A stretch of 64,000 nt of DNA from the human T2T-CHM13v2.0 reference genome, Homo sapiens. How positions within the stretch are numbered: position 1 is the first letter of the stretch; every line of letters begins with the position of its first letter. The notes beneath the pieces were generated by a model. That model saw only the letters and a list, made by a program, of their open reading frames with translations. It was not told where the DNA came from and ran no database searches. Positions 1-11,900 of the stretch are shown here, one piece after another. The stretch lies in the NCBI RefSeq assembly GCF_009914755.1, contig NC_060928.1, one strand, 5' to 3'. A program made the position numbers and the translations under genes.

Positions 1-699
1 TTTGGTCAGCCTACGCTGTTTATGGCTCACGAGTTCATCTCCTCCTTGATGTCAACTGAATGCTTGCTAGTTTTACATTCCATGCTCACATCTGTCTGCT
101 TCCTTCAGCCTCCTGGTGGTGGAGCAATTTCCTTCACTTCAAAGGAGGCTCCAGGTGCAGGGAGGACTCCAGAGGTGTGGCCTGACCTCAGAATCTGGCT
201 CCCTTTTATTTTACTAAAACATGTATTCTCTTCATCTTATCCCAAGTTGACTTTTGGAGCTATTCCGAAATTTGTTCATCTGTCTTTGAACACCGAGAAT
301 GAGAATAAAATATATTTTTCCTTTTCCTTCAAAACATTGACCCTAGTTTTGTCATGACGCTTCAAATGAATTAATTGCTGAAAGAAACAGTAGAGATAAT
401 TACACATGCCCCACAGGAGAAAAATGCCACGATTGAAACAGTAGAAAACAGGCTGTGGGAGATTTAGTGTAATAATGGCCTCTGATAAATCATGGAGAAG
501 CAAGAAGTCGTTGTTGTAAGCCATTCGCTTTTAGGGTGGTTTCTTATGCAGCAGTAGTTGGCGAATGCTGTGTGTAACTCCTTCAGCAAGGTGAGGCTGC
601 TTCTCCCAACAGGAGGCAGGGAGTATTTCTTACTCCCGTGAATCTACCTGGGCTGGCTTTGGGGCACTGTGGGGGTTCCAGAGCCTAGGTATTCAAGAG

Positions 700-1002
700 G
701 CTTCGCAGCTTCCACCCTTGCCCTCTTGGAAGCTTGAAACTGCCATGCTGTAGAGAAGCTTAGCCTAGCTCCCTCGTGTATGAGAGGCTTAAGGAAGAAG
801 ACTGAGGCTCTAGCCAATCGCCAGAGCCAACTCCCAGACATGAGTGAGGCAATTCTGTACATTCTAGCTAAAGGCAGCTGAATGAAAACCCATAGAGGAA
901 GAGCTTAGCCAACCCACAGAATTGTGAACAATAATAAAGGTTGTTGTTTTAAGGTATTGAGTTTTGAAGTGGTTGGTAATACAACCATGCCTTATTAATA
1001 CA
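700..1002 (+). mobile_element. MLT1-type (MaLR) LTR fragment, MLT1G/H-like
   Basis: Typical MLT1 3' end: 'gccaacccacagaattgtgaacaataataaaggttgttgttttaag...gtggttggtaatacaacc...taataca'. Left edge approximate. Confidence 0.65.
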
Positions 1003-1049
1003 GAGCCTTGGATTTTTTTTTACTACCTTAACATAAAATTATTTATTCA

Positions 1050-1467
1050 TTTATTTTTAGATTTAAAAAATTTTTAGTGGGCATATAGTAGGTGCATATA
1101 TTTATGGGGTACATGAGATGTTTTGATACAGGCATGCAATGCGTAATAATCTTATCATGGAGAATGGGGTATCCATCCCCTCAAGCATTTATCCTTTTTA
1201 TTATAAACAATCCAATCATACTATTCTAGTTATTTTAAAATGTACAATTATTATTGACTACAGTCACCCTGTTGTGCTATCAAATAGCAGGTCTTACTAA
1301 TTCTTTCTAACTATTTTTTGTATTCATTTGCCCTCCCTGCTCCTCACCACCCCCATCCTTCCAAGACTCTTGTAACCATCCTTCTGCTCTCTGTGTTCAT
1401 GAGTTCAATTGTTTTGATTTTTAGATCCCACAAATAAGTGAGAACATGTGATGTTTGCGTTTCTGTG
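1050..1467 (-). mobile_element. L1 3' end fragment (L1MA-like)
   Basis: T-rich tail followed by 'atttatggggtacatgagatgttttgatacaggcatgcaatg...tagatcccacaaataagtgagaacatg', the antisense L1MA 3' UTR. Confidence 0.85.
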
Positions 1468-1949
1468 GGCTTGGATATTTTAATTCAGTATCTATCTTTT
1501 TTCTAGTTTTCTATATATATTGAGACATCTTTTTTACTTTTTTTCTTAGAAACCTAGATAGACACCTTCCCTACATAGACACAAATAACTCCTATATACC
1601 ATACACTTAAAAGCTCATAGGAGACAAAAGTGCAAAGGCAGGCACTGCATCTAATTTCTACTCTTCAGTGTCCTGCGCCTGGGTCAGCAGCACATGATTG
1701 GTGGGAAGTCAGCATATGTTGACCAGATTATCTCATGTGACACCTGCTGCTGCTTTTATCTCATTTTCTTAGTACTTGGATTTGTCACAGAATGAATGGT
1801 CTGATTCATTTGGCCTACCTGGGCAGCTTTGCTTGTGTCCCCTTGTTCTCTCACTTTTCCACGTAGATAGTTTTCAAGGGTCCCAGCCTGGAGGAAGAGA
1901 ATATCTTTCCAGTTGTTGGTGGACTGAGCTTATTGGTCAAGAGTGTTGT

Positions 1950-1995
1950 AGTTGTAGTAATAATAGTAGTAACAGCAGCAGCAGTAGCAGCAGCT
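1950..1995. repeat. Degenerate (TAG/TAA/CAG)n trinucleotide tract
   Basis: 'agttgtagtaataatagtagtaacagcagcagcagtagcagcagc' read directly. Confidence 0.7.
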
Positions 1996-2145
1996 AATAT
2001 TTATTGAAACCTTATCAATATGCCAGTCATTCACTTTAATTAATTGGTTAATTTAGTTAATTAGTTATTTTGATTTCCATAAAGGAAATGGAGGCAACGA
2101 TGGGTTACTTGATTCTCCCAAGATAACATAGGTAAATGGCAGAGT
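1996..2145 (-). mobile_element. MIR fragment
   Basis: 'aatatttattga...' and MIR core-like 'aaggaaatggaggc...cccaagataacataggtaaatggcagag'. Confidence 0.55.
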
Positions 2146-3961
2146 CTCATCTTTTAGCAAACACCCTGGCTTGAAATGTAGCTAGCTGTGTGGTTACTGA
2201 TGTTTAAACTAAGAAGTATTAAGCATAGTCATTTATAAAAGTTCCCTGACTATAAATCACCCATAAGCTACAATCGTCAAAGCTTTTAAATATCATTTGT
2301 ACTTCTCATTAGCCAAGAAACAAGTATTACTGAGTGTGTCATATAAGTCTGTGCTTGTGCCAGTTACTATAGAAAGTTATAAAACATATAAACTATAATA
2401 CAAAAGCAGCATATAAGAATCTTGGCTCTAAAGGGACTTACACTATTTTGAAGAGACCAGACTTACACAGTAAAATGACCAAAAAATAAGACCTAGTACC
2501 TAGTCTAATAATAATAATTAAAAAAAGAGAGCAAAGGAGTTTTGAGACCTCACCTTTTGCAGGGAAGAATCTGAGTCATATTTCAAATCTCCTTTTCTTC
2601 TTCTCAGGGCAAAACCACAGCTTTCATTTTTGAAGGTCACAGCAGTAAAAGATGGTTCAATAGGCCAGACTAACCTGTGTTAGCAACTAGGATAATATCC
2701 AGAAAAGAAAATTTACTTTGGGATTTAAGATGATCAAAACTGATTACTTCTCAAGAGGCTTAGAAACCCAAAGCTGTAAACACAGCTGGGGAAACACTTG
2801 AATGTGCAGCCATAAAAACTCCAGTGAATAATCCATCCTTCTGCTTCATGACATGGATACTACACCACATACATGAATCTATAGGAAAGCAGTAAATATT
2901 TTTATACAACCTTGTTGGTGAAGAGGAAAGAAAAATGTGTAGAAACATGCCCACCCACATCATCTATGTGTGCACTGTAAATGTCTCTCTTGTTTTGTTG
3001 AAGTTAAGGCAAAAGGATTACATTCAGTCCAGCCACTAAATTGTAATACAGAGATGTTATTGACTAAACCTGTAACAACTGGGTTTGTCTTCTCAAGATT
3101 TAGAGAACCAATAGAATTATTTCTGATTGGATGATAAGTAAATGCTCTATTATTTGTTAACCAATAGTCAATGACAGAAATTGAGCCAGTTTTCTCCATA
3201 TAGAAAATTTTTGACTTATCAAGACCTCTTTTTTCCCTGGAAAGATAGATATCTATATATTAACAATTATTTTCTCTAGTAGTGTGATTAGGTGTTTGAT
3301 TATTTATTTTTCTTATTGGTGTTTTTGAAATTTTTCAAAATAACATCTATAGTTTTTATAATCAAAAGATACTGTGATTTTTAAAAGTGAACAACTTAGC
3401 TTCTTACTGATAGACAGTCTTACACCATTTAAACAAATTGCCCTTAACTACTTTGCCTACCAAATAAATCCTTATCTTTGGTTTATTTTAAAGGAATTTT
3501 TCCTTTCAGCAGAGTTTTATGATCAGCTTTCACTGATATCTAGAAATACATGTCAAGGTTAAGAATGTTATGATGCAGGACTTGAGCCTTGGGAAAAGAG
3601 TATTCTAAAGAGGACAAAAATTATGCCTTAAAAATTCCTTTTTCAGATGACTTGCTGTGTAGTCCATTAGGCAGAGACACAAAAAGTACTTTCTAAAATA
3701 ATAATGGCCCAGAACCTTGCTCTTTGAGATAACAAAGCTCTGTTTTTGCAGGTGGCTTTCTACTCAAAGAACAAAAACTGGAAATATCCATTGAATTGGC
3801 CTGTTTACTTGTGCTGAGTCTTGCTAATAGAACAGAGCTAATCAAGCCCTGGGTACAGAGCCCTGTATGTAAAGGAAAACACCCATCTCACTAACCCTCG
3901 GATGTGCACACTTTTCATGTTCTTTACAAAGACACTCACCCTGTTGGGGAGGGCCTTGAAG

Positions 3962-4430
3962 GCAGTGCTGGCCAATAGGATGACAATGCAAGCCACATAC
4001 AGAGGTTTAAATTTTCCAGTAGCCACATTTGAAAAGCAAAAATCAACAAATCAGTTCATTTTAATACTGTATTTTAGCTAACTAAATATATCTAAAATAC
4101 TGTCATTTCAATATTAAACATGTATTCACATATTTATGTCCCTTTTAAAAAAAATTTGGTCTGATTTCCAGGGTGTGTTTTACCTGCACAGCACAGCTCC
4201 TTTTGTTTTTTTTATATGTATACATATTTTTTATTTTTGTAGATACAGGGTCTTGCTATGTTACGCAGGGTGGTCTCTAACTCCTGGGCTCAAGTGATCC
4301 TCCTGCCTCAGCTCCCAAAGTGCTGGGATTACAGGTGTGAGCCACTGCACTCGACCTCACTTTAGTCACATTTCAAGAGCTCAAGAGCCACATGTGGCTA
4401 GTGGCTACCTTATCAGATAGTGTAACTCTA
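3962..4430. mobile_element. MER33/MER3-like hAT-Charlie MITE, split by an Alu monomer
   Basis: Left part 'cagtgctggccaatag...tttaaattttccagtagccacatt'; right part 'cacatttcaagagctcaagagccacatgtggctagtggctacc'. Confidence 0.75.
4201..4356 (-). mobile_element. Alu left monomer (FLAM-like)
   Basis: T-rich tail plus a single Alu arm 'gtagatacagggtcttgctatg...cccaaagtgctgggattacaggtgtgagccactgc'. Confidence 0.9.
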
Positions 4431-4473
4431 AAATGAAAATGTTAGCACCACCAAATAACATTAGACGGCCTTA

Positions 4474-5223
4474 ATTTTTTTTACATTGAGATATAATTTA
4501 TGTACTGTAAAATTCATGCTTTAAAACGTACACTTTAGTGGTTTTTAGTTTATTCACAAGACTATACTAAAATATATACAAACACTATTTCATTTCAGAA
4601 CACTTTCATTATCCCCCAAAGAAATCCCATACCTTTATCAGTCATACCCCATTCCCTCATTCCCTTCTTTTCCCAGCCCTGGCAATCACTAACCTGATTT
4701 CTGTTTTGTGAATTTGCCTATTTTGGACATTTCATATAAATGGAATCATGCAATATGTGGCCTTTGTGTCAGACTTCTTTCTTAGCATCATATTTTCAAG
4801 TTTCATGCGTGTTGGGTCATGCTTATCCATGTTAGAGAAAAAAGTACTGCCTTCCTTTTTATGGTTGAGTGACAGTCCATTGTAAGGGTATACAGCACAT
4901 GTTGTTTAGCTGTTCATCACTTGATGAGCCTTTGGGTTCTCTCCAATTTTTGGCTACTATGAACAATGCTTCTGATATTCATGTGAAAGTTTTCACAAGA
5001 ACCAATGTTTTCAATTCTACTGGACATAAACTTAGGAGTGAATGTGCTGGGTTACATGGTAATTCTATGTTTAATTTTTCGATGAACTGTCAAACTGTTT
5101 TTCCTAAGTGGTTGCACCGTTTTACACACCCAGCAGCAATGCATGAAGTTTCTGTTTTCTCCACATCCTTGCCAGTGCTTGTTATTATGTCTCTTTTTAA
5201 TTATAACCATCCCAGTGGGTGTG
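4474..5223 (-). mobile_element. L1MB-like 3' fragment
   Basis: 'ttgagatataatttatgtactgtaaaattca...tggacatttcatataaatggaatcatgcaatatgtggcc...ccatcccagtgggtgtg'. Confidence 0.85.
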
Positions 5224-5471
5224 GCAAGTCAGCTGGTGTTCTTACTAATTAAGAACAAATAAAAACTGTGATTACAAAAATGCAACAGCAGTTTTAATAT
5301 TCTTATAGATTTAAAAGATTAAGGGTTAAACTCACATTTGCCTGGTCTGTTTGTAACGAAACACATTGTGGCTTTTGTTAAACAACTGTTTTATCCTGTC
5401 TGTGCCAGCAGCAAGTGAGGTGAGTTCCTTTACTACAAATAATTAATATTAATTTGCAGTTACTGGGTGTT

Positions 5472-5521
5472 TTATCTATCTGTCATCTGTCTATTTATCT
5501 ATCTACCTATCTATCTATCTA
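5472..5521. repeat. Degenerate (TATC)n microsatellite
   Basis: 'tatctatctgtcatctgtctatttatctatctacctatctatctatct'. Confidence 0.8.
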
Positions 5522-5753
5522 CTCTCAAAATGTGGTCACCACACCTGCAGAGTTTGCATTTCTGATATGTTCACAGGTTACAATTTTGCATTATATAATT
5601 TTGCATTATAACCTGTGAACATATTATAAATGCAAACTCTCAAGCCCTGACCCAGATGTAGTGAATTACAAACGCTGGGAGTGGGATCCACCAATCTGTG
5701 TTTTAGCAAGCCCTGCAGGGGATTCTAATGCAGGCTAACATTTGAGAACCACT
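5522..5753 (+). mobile_element. MER5A hAT MITE containing an internal inverted duplication
   Basis: Ends 'ctctcaaaatgtggtc' and 'aacatttgagaaccact'; internal 'aatctgtgttttagcaagccct'. Confidence 0.85.
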
Positions 5754-5863
5754 AATCTAGAGCAAACATATAATGTGACCAAAGTTTATGGAAAAAACTA
5801 TGGGTCAGACACAGTGTTAGGTGTTGGGTGCATTCGGGTTGAGGATTCAAAACTAAAAGACAT

Positions 5864-6056
5864 GACTGAAGACTGTGGACCAGAAGCAGTTGCTTGATGG
5901 GTACAACGTGCATTGCTCCACTGATGGATGCACTGAAGTCCCGGATTTCACCATAATGCAATACATCAGTGTAGCAGAATTGCACTTGTACCCCATGAAT
6001 ATATAAAAATAAAAATAATAAGAAAAGAAAAATTATATTAAATGTATGAAGGAAAA
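5864..6056 (+). mobile_element. Short 5'-truncated L1 3' end (L1PB/L1MA-like) inserted in an L2-like remnant
   Basis: 'gggtacaacgtgcattgctcc...tgcacttgtaccccatgaatatataaaaataaaa' with an A tail. Candidate TSD 'aaaagacat' at 5855-5863 and 6057-6065. Confidence 0.8.
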
Positions 6057-6371
6057 AAAAGACATTTCTTTCCTCCCAGTGCTTAGAGTCCAGTGCATTT
6101 GATGAGTGGGTGAATCAGTGTTAGCTCACAGTGCAGCACGCTCTAAATCAAGGTATGCATGTGTTCGCCACTCAGGGAAGGATGAGAAAGCTTCCCTGCA
6201 AAAATGACTTTTGAGCTTCCAATAAACTTAGAAAGCCAATATCGGTTTAAAGAAATTCAATTATAGTTGTTACTCCTGTTAGTTTCAAAGAGAATCCCAA
6301 TATGATAGCATGGCTTTCAAACATTTTATTAACTGGCTTTTGCTGAGGTTCCCACCTTCACCTCCCAGGGA

Positions 6372-6525
6372 GCATTACTCAGAGTGTGGTGCACAGGGCA
6401 CGGTGACATCACCTGGGAGCTTGTTAGTGCAGCAGAATTTCAGAGGTCACTCCTGACCTATGGCATCCACATTTCACCAAGATCCCCAGGTGACTTGTAT
6501 GCATATTCAAGTTTCAGAAGACCTC
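6372..6525 (+). mobile_element. MER5-family MITE
   Basis: 'ctcagagtgtggt...catcacctgggagcttgttag...aagatccccaggtgacttgtatgcatattcaagtttcagaag'. Confidence 0.75.
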
Positions 6526-6569
6526 CCCTAGCTGCAGTGAAGGAATTGCAGTTCTCTAAGTCAAATTAT

Positions 6570-6825
6570 ATTCCCTGTGCAGTGCCCTCTGCCTGGGATG
6601 CCCTCTGGGACCCCAGAGAAGTTGGATGTCCCTTTTCGGCATCACGCTCACTGTGGGGTTCTAGTTGCCTGTGCATCTTCAGTACTAGAAAGTGAGCATC
6701 TCCAGGACAGGGAGACTGTTTTATTTTTCTCTGTAATTTGCAGGATTCAAAACCTACTTGCTGCCTTGCATATAATGGGTGCTCGGTCAATGTTCATTTA
6801 ATGAAACAATGGATGGATGAATGAG
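6570..6825 (+). mobile_element. L2 3' end fragment
   Basis: 'ccctctgcctgggatgccct...gcatataatgggtgctcggtcaatgttc...ggatggatgaatga'. Confidence 0.65.
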
Positions 6826-8512
6826 ATGTGCCAAATACCCAGTGTGGACACTGCCTCTGCAGTGAATTGTACCTAAGGATTTACAGTCCACTCTGTCGCA
6901 CTCATATAACTCCAGTCAGTTGTCTGGTTTGCTAGAGTTAGACAGAATCAGACAATCAGACAGAAATTTAAGGTATGAAGAGACTGGGAAGTGGCTATGG
7001 GTCAAAATCTAGTTTCTACTTTTGAAACGTTTATATTATGGTTTCTCATTATGTTTTGGCTTCTCAGACCCCACCTCAAATGATAGAGGCAGGGACATGA
7101 AATGGGCACCGATTTGAGAGTTGGATTCTAAGTCTGGTGCCAGCCAGTGGTAAATTGCTTTGGACCTTTCATTTCACCCCCACCGGATTTGTTGCCTCAT
7201 TAATAAGTGAAGAAGTTGTAATAGGCAATCCTGTAGGTCTCCCCCACTACCCACCCCACCACCTGCCAATAGGTTTTTTTAAGCACAAACAATTCTCATA
7301 TACGTTGGTGCAGAGGCCCCTTTGGAAATTAAGGTTTTATTTAAAAAGGACTTTGAAGGTTAATAAGCAATTTTCTTGACATTTTTTATAGGCAAGTTAC
7401 ACTAAGTTATATGCTTCTCTTATTTCCCTAGATATTTTTAAAAACATGATTTATCATATATTTAGTGTTTCCTAAGAAGGAAACTGTTGAATGGAATCTG
7501 CTTTGGAAAGATGTACGTATGTCATATGCCAGGAAAAGTGGATTTTGATTAAGAAATTTGGCATTTGCAATAAATCCAACTTTGTTCTGAGTGATTAAGT
7601 TCTTTAGAAAACCTATTGACTTTTCAAAGTGCGTGGATTAGAAATACTGACAATTTTCAAACCACTAGCCTTGCATTTTAATGTCCCGGTGTCGCAGGAG
7701 TGAACAGTAAACCTCTGTTGCCACACACTGGGCCACTCAGCACACATGAAGTGTGTCAACCTGATTGGCGTGGCGAGACCACAGCTCCCCTTGTTCCCTC
7801 CCTCACTCTCTCACCCCAGGGCTAGCAATGGACCATTATCTCCAATTTTGACATCTGAAGAGAAAATCTGGATGCCAGGAAGGAAGTTTTTCCAAATTGG
7901 TATAAAAAACGCCAAATCCTCTTATTACAACAGGATACAGTAAATATAACAAAGGAGGAAGTTCATGAGATTGAAAAGGTTTAAAAGTGTAAATGAAAAA
8001 TACTTCTGAGAAAAACAAGATAGCCCTAACACAGTGCAGTTGCTTGTGTTTATTGGGAAAACACTCACTGCTGGAAAGATGAGAATAAGAGAGGGAGGCT
8101 GACCCATGTGTTACCAGAAAGATTGCACATCATTGTCTGCCACAGGACTTGGAAATCTGACCTATGTAACTGGAAGCCAATAGCATTTTCTTTCACAATA
8201 TTATTTCTCTTAGAAGTAAAATATTATTCTTCTGGAGGAGAGTTTTAATGAGTGAATACAGTTGCACAAGAAAGGTGGAAACAGTTTGTCTTTTACATTA
8301 GCCAGAGATTAGGGAAAATGAGTCATAAAGAGCTTTAATAACTTAACTTAGCTTGGGGCTGGAAGAGATTTCAAAATGGTGGGCTGATGTCATCACTCAG
8401 GATTCATGATCCTGGACTGATCACTTGAATACATTGCACGGCTGGACTATATGTGGGCTAACATCTTCTTAGTTGTACCTGAGGATGAGAGCGTTTGAGT
8501 TGAGAGCAATTC

Positions 8513-8841
8513 TTTTTTTTTTTTTTTTTAGGATGGAGTCTCACTCTGTCGCCCAGGCTGGAGTACAGTGGCATGATCTTGGCTCACTGCAACCTCCTCC
8601 TCCCAGGCTCAAGTGATCCTCCCACCTCAGTTTACCAAGTAGCTGGGACCCACCTCAGCTTCCCAAGTAGCTGGGACCACAGGTGGATGCTACCATGCCT
8701 GGCTAATTTTTTTGTATTTTTTGGTAGAGACAGGATTTCACCATGTTGCCAGGCTGGTCTTGAACACATGAGCTCAGGTGATCCACCTGCCTTGGCCTCT
8801 CAAAGTGTTGGGATTACAGGTGTGAGCCACCATGCCTGGAC
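8513..8841 (-). mobile_element. Full-length Alu (AluJ/S) with an internal 28 bp tandem duplication
   Basis: Poly-T, both arms, and TSD-like flanks 'agagcaattc' and 'agaacaattc'. Confidence 0.95.
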
Positions 8842-9039
8842 TCAAGAACAATTCTGATGCAAACCATAGGTTCTTCAGAGATTTTTGTTAAGAGTATTGT
8901 GATTTAGTGGTAGCAAGAGTGTTATGATGGTATAAAATGTAATTTTAGCCAATCAAATTCTCAATTTGAAGTTATATGTCTATGTTTTATTTTTGTTAAA
9001 ACCACCGAGAATTTATAACTATCAAGAGATTTATATGTA

Positions 9040-9200
9040 GTCCTCATATAACCCTCACACTAGCAACCTGATTAGGTAGGTCTATTATTGCTGCTATTTT
9101 ATAGAAGAGGAAATTGAAGCCTAGAACAATTAAATAGCTTGCCCAAGGTTGCACAGTAAATGAGTAGCAAAGCTGGAAGTTAAACCCAGGTCTGTCTGCA
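9040..9200 (-). mobile_element. MIR
   Basis: Core 'attttatagaagaggaaattgaagcctag...cttgcccaaggttgcacag...aaacccaggtctgtctg'. Confidence 0.8.
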
Positions 9201-9520
9201 CCTGAGCTCAAGTTCTAGGTTTCGAACCTCTTTTAGCTTGAATACAAACTTGCATCAAAAGATCTGTATAAGGGTAGTTATTCCTCAAAAGAATATAGGT
9301 TTTTGTGATGCTGGGTTTTCATGTAACCCAAGCTCTTAACTCCATCCTTTTGCTTGCCTCTCAGAGCTGGGCCCTCCATGACTCCTTTTCTTGAGCTCTT
9401 TCCGTCTGTCCTCCTTACTTGTTTCCTCTACTCATCACCTACATGCATAGGCTTTCTTTATTTAGAGTAACTCTTTACATGACTCTTTTATACCTTTCCA
9501 ATCATTAGCCTATTTCTCTC

Positions 9521-9884
9521 TTATGTGATTTGGCTGTGTCCCCACCCAAATCTCACCTTGAATTGCAGCTCCCATAATTCCCACATGTAGTGGAAGGGAT
9601 CTGGTGGGAGATAATTGGATCATGGGGGCAATTTCCCCCATACTGTTCTAGTGGTTGTGAAAAAGTCTCATGAGATCTGATGGTTTTATAAGGGGAAACC
9701 CCTTTCACTTGGTTCTTATCCTCTCTCTTGCCTGTCACCATGTAAGACATGTCTTTCGCCATCTGCCATGATTGTGAGTCCTCCCCAGCCACATGCAACT
9801 GTGAGTCCATTAAACCTCTTTGTCTTTATAAATTACCCAGTCTCAGGTGTGTCTTTATCAGCAGCATGAAAATGGACTAATACA
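9521..9884 (+). mobile_element. THE1 (MaLR) solo LTR
   Basis: Starts 'ttatgtgatttggctgtgtccccacccaaatctc' and ends 'cagcagcatgaaaatggactaataca'; 364 bp. Confidence 0.93.
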
Positions 9885-10127
9885 TCTCCTTTTCACAAAA
9901 AATAGTCTCTTTGGTGCAACTTCATGGCCCTCACTGCCTACCCTCCCACCATGCTGAAATTATGCTCTCCTAGGGTTCTCAGAATCTACAACCACCAAAC
10001 CCAAGGCCTTTCCCTGGGGGTCTTTCGCCTTGACCTTTCTGCAGCATTTGGTCCTGCAGGCCATCTACCTCCTGGAGCACTGCACGTGCACAGTAGGCAC
10101 ACAAAAATTTATTCAATGATTAATTAA
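9885..10127 (+). mobile_element. L2 remnants
   Basis: 'ccttgacctttctgcagcatttgg' and terminal 'cacagtaggcacacaaaaatttattcaatg'. Confidence 0.5.
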
Positions 10128-10822
10128 CTAAAATATCCAAACATTTTCTGGATTCTTCAATAGAATGTATTTATTTAAGATTCCAGAATTTTTTTACATG
10201 TAAGCATCCTCATACATTTTAAAAGAATTCATTAGAAAATGATTTCAGTTAAGGAAATGCTCAACATTGCAACAATAATCCTCTTTTACAGAGTAAAGAA
10301 TAAATTCAATTGTTTTAAAAAGATTTATATATTTGTGATAGATATTTTTAAAACTTGTAGGCACATTGTACATACAGATTAACTTGAAAGGGATCATTGA
10401 CCTAAATGTAAGAGCAAAAGCTGTGAAACTCTTGGGAAAAAACATAAGAGTAAATCTTTGTGACCTTGGATTGGGCAACGGTTTCTCAGCTATGACACGA
10501 AAAGCACAAACAGAAGAAAAAATAAATTGGTTTTCATCACAATTAAATATTTTTGAGCCTCCAAGGACACTATCAATAAAATAAAAAGACAACCCATGGA
10601 ATGTGAGAACATATTTGCAAATCAATATCAGATGAGGGACTTATGTTCACAATATATACAGAACTCTTGTAACTCAACAATAAAAAGACAAGCCAGTTAA
10701 AAAATAAGCAAAGGATTTGAATAGATATTAATCCAAAGAAAGTGCACAAAGGGTCAATAAGCACATGAAAAGATGTTCAACATCATTAATAATTTGGGAA
10801 ATGTAGATTAAAACCTAAATGA

Positions 10823-11118
10823 GGCTAGGTGTGGTGGCTCACACCTGTAATCCCAGCACTTTGGGAGGCCAAAGCAGAAGGATTGCTTGGGCCCAGGAAT
10901 TTGACACCAAACTGGGCAACATAGTGACACCCTGTCTCTACAAAATAAAAAAATAAAAAATAAAAATAGCTGGGTGTGATGGCATGCACTTGTGGTCCCA
11001 GAAACTTGGGAGGCTGAGGCTGGAGGATTGCTTGAGCATGAGAGGTTGAGGCTGTAGTAAGCCACGACTGCATCACTGCACTCCAGCCTAGGTAACAGAG
11101 CAAGGTCCTGTCTCAAAA
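10823..11118 (+). mobile_element. AluJ lacking its poly-A tail
   Basis: 'ggctaggtgtggtggctcacacctgtaatcccagc...cctgtctcaaaa' joined directly to L1 sequence. Confidence 0.93.
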
Positions 11119-11150
11119 TGTTAGTTACCATATGACCCAGCAATTCCACC

Positions 11151-11152
<2 letters not shown>

Positions 11153-11192
<40 letters not shown>
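11153..11192. repeat. (GT)20 microsatellite
   Basis: Perfect GT run read directly. Confidence 0.98.
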
Positions 11193-11194
<2 letters not shown>

Positions 11195-11769
11195 CCAAGA
11201 AAACTGAAAATACATGTCTACACATGTGTACACAAGATGTGTACACAAACATTCATAGCAACATTCTTCACAATAGGCAAGAAATGGAAATAGCCCAAAT
11301 TTCCACCAACTGGTGAATGAATAAATAAAATGTTGAATATTCATGTAACAGAATGTTATTCACCAATAAAAAGGAATGAATATTGACATATGTTGCGACA
11401 TGGATGAACCTGGAGACTATTATGCTAAGTGAAAGAAGTCTGACACAAAAGGCCACATGTCACATGATTCCATTTAAAAGAAATGTCCAGAATAGGAAAA
11501 TCTATGCAGATAGAAAATATGTTCGTTTTCAAGGACTGAGCAGAGGTGGGGTGGGAATAGAAAAAGATCACAAATTGGTCCAGAGTTTCTTTTTGGGGTC
11601 ATAAAAATGTTCTGAAATTTAATGGTGGTGATGGTTGCATAACCCTCGTATAATAAATATACTACAAAACAATGAATTGTACACTTTAAAAGGGTAAATT
11701 TTAGGTATGTGAATTATAACTCAATAAAGCTCTTTTAAAAAGTAGAAATTAGCTCTCTGCAACCTAGTG

Positions 11770-11900
11770 TTCATTTCCTCATTTGTTCATTTACCAAGTC
11801 TTTGTTGAGCATGCATTGAGCAAGGGACTATGCTAGTGTTAGGCATAACAGCATTTTGAAAAGATCACCTGGCTTCAGTGTAGAGAACAGCTTAGCAGGG
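11770..11900 (-). mobile_element. L2 3' fragment
   Basis: 'catttgttcatttaccaagtctttgttgagca...actatgctagtgttagg'. Confidence 0.55.

Larger units (their letters stand above)
10372..11740 (+). mobile_element. L1MB-like 3' region interrupted by an Alu and a (GT)n tract
   Basis: The 10366-10584 ORF reads as an L1 ORF2 C-terminal relic (IIDLNVRAKAVKLLGKNIRVNLCDLGLGN). 3' end 'tgtgaattataactcaataaagct'. Confidence 0.9.

Noticed and set aside
10808-11344. 178 aa ORF with an HT repeat
   Set aside because: L1, (CA)n and Alu read-through; the HT run is the microsatellite.
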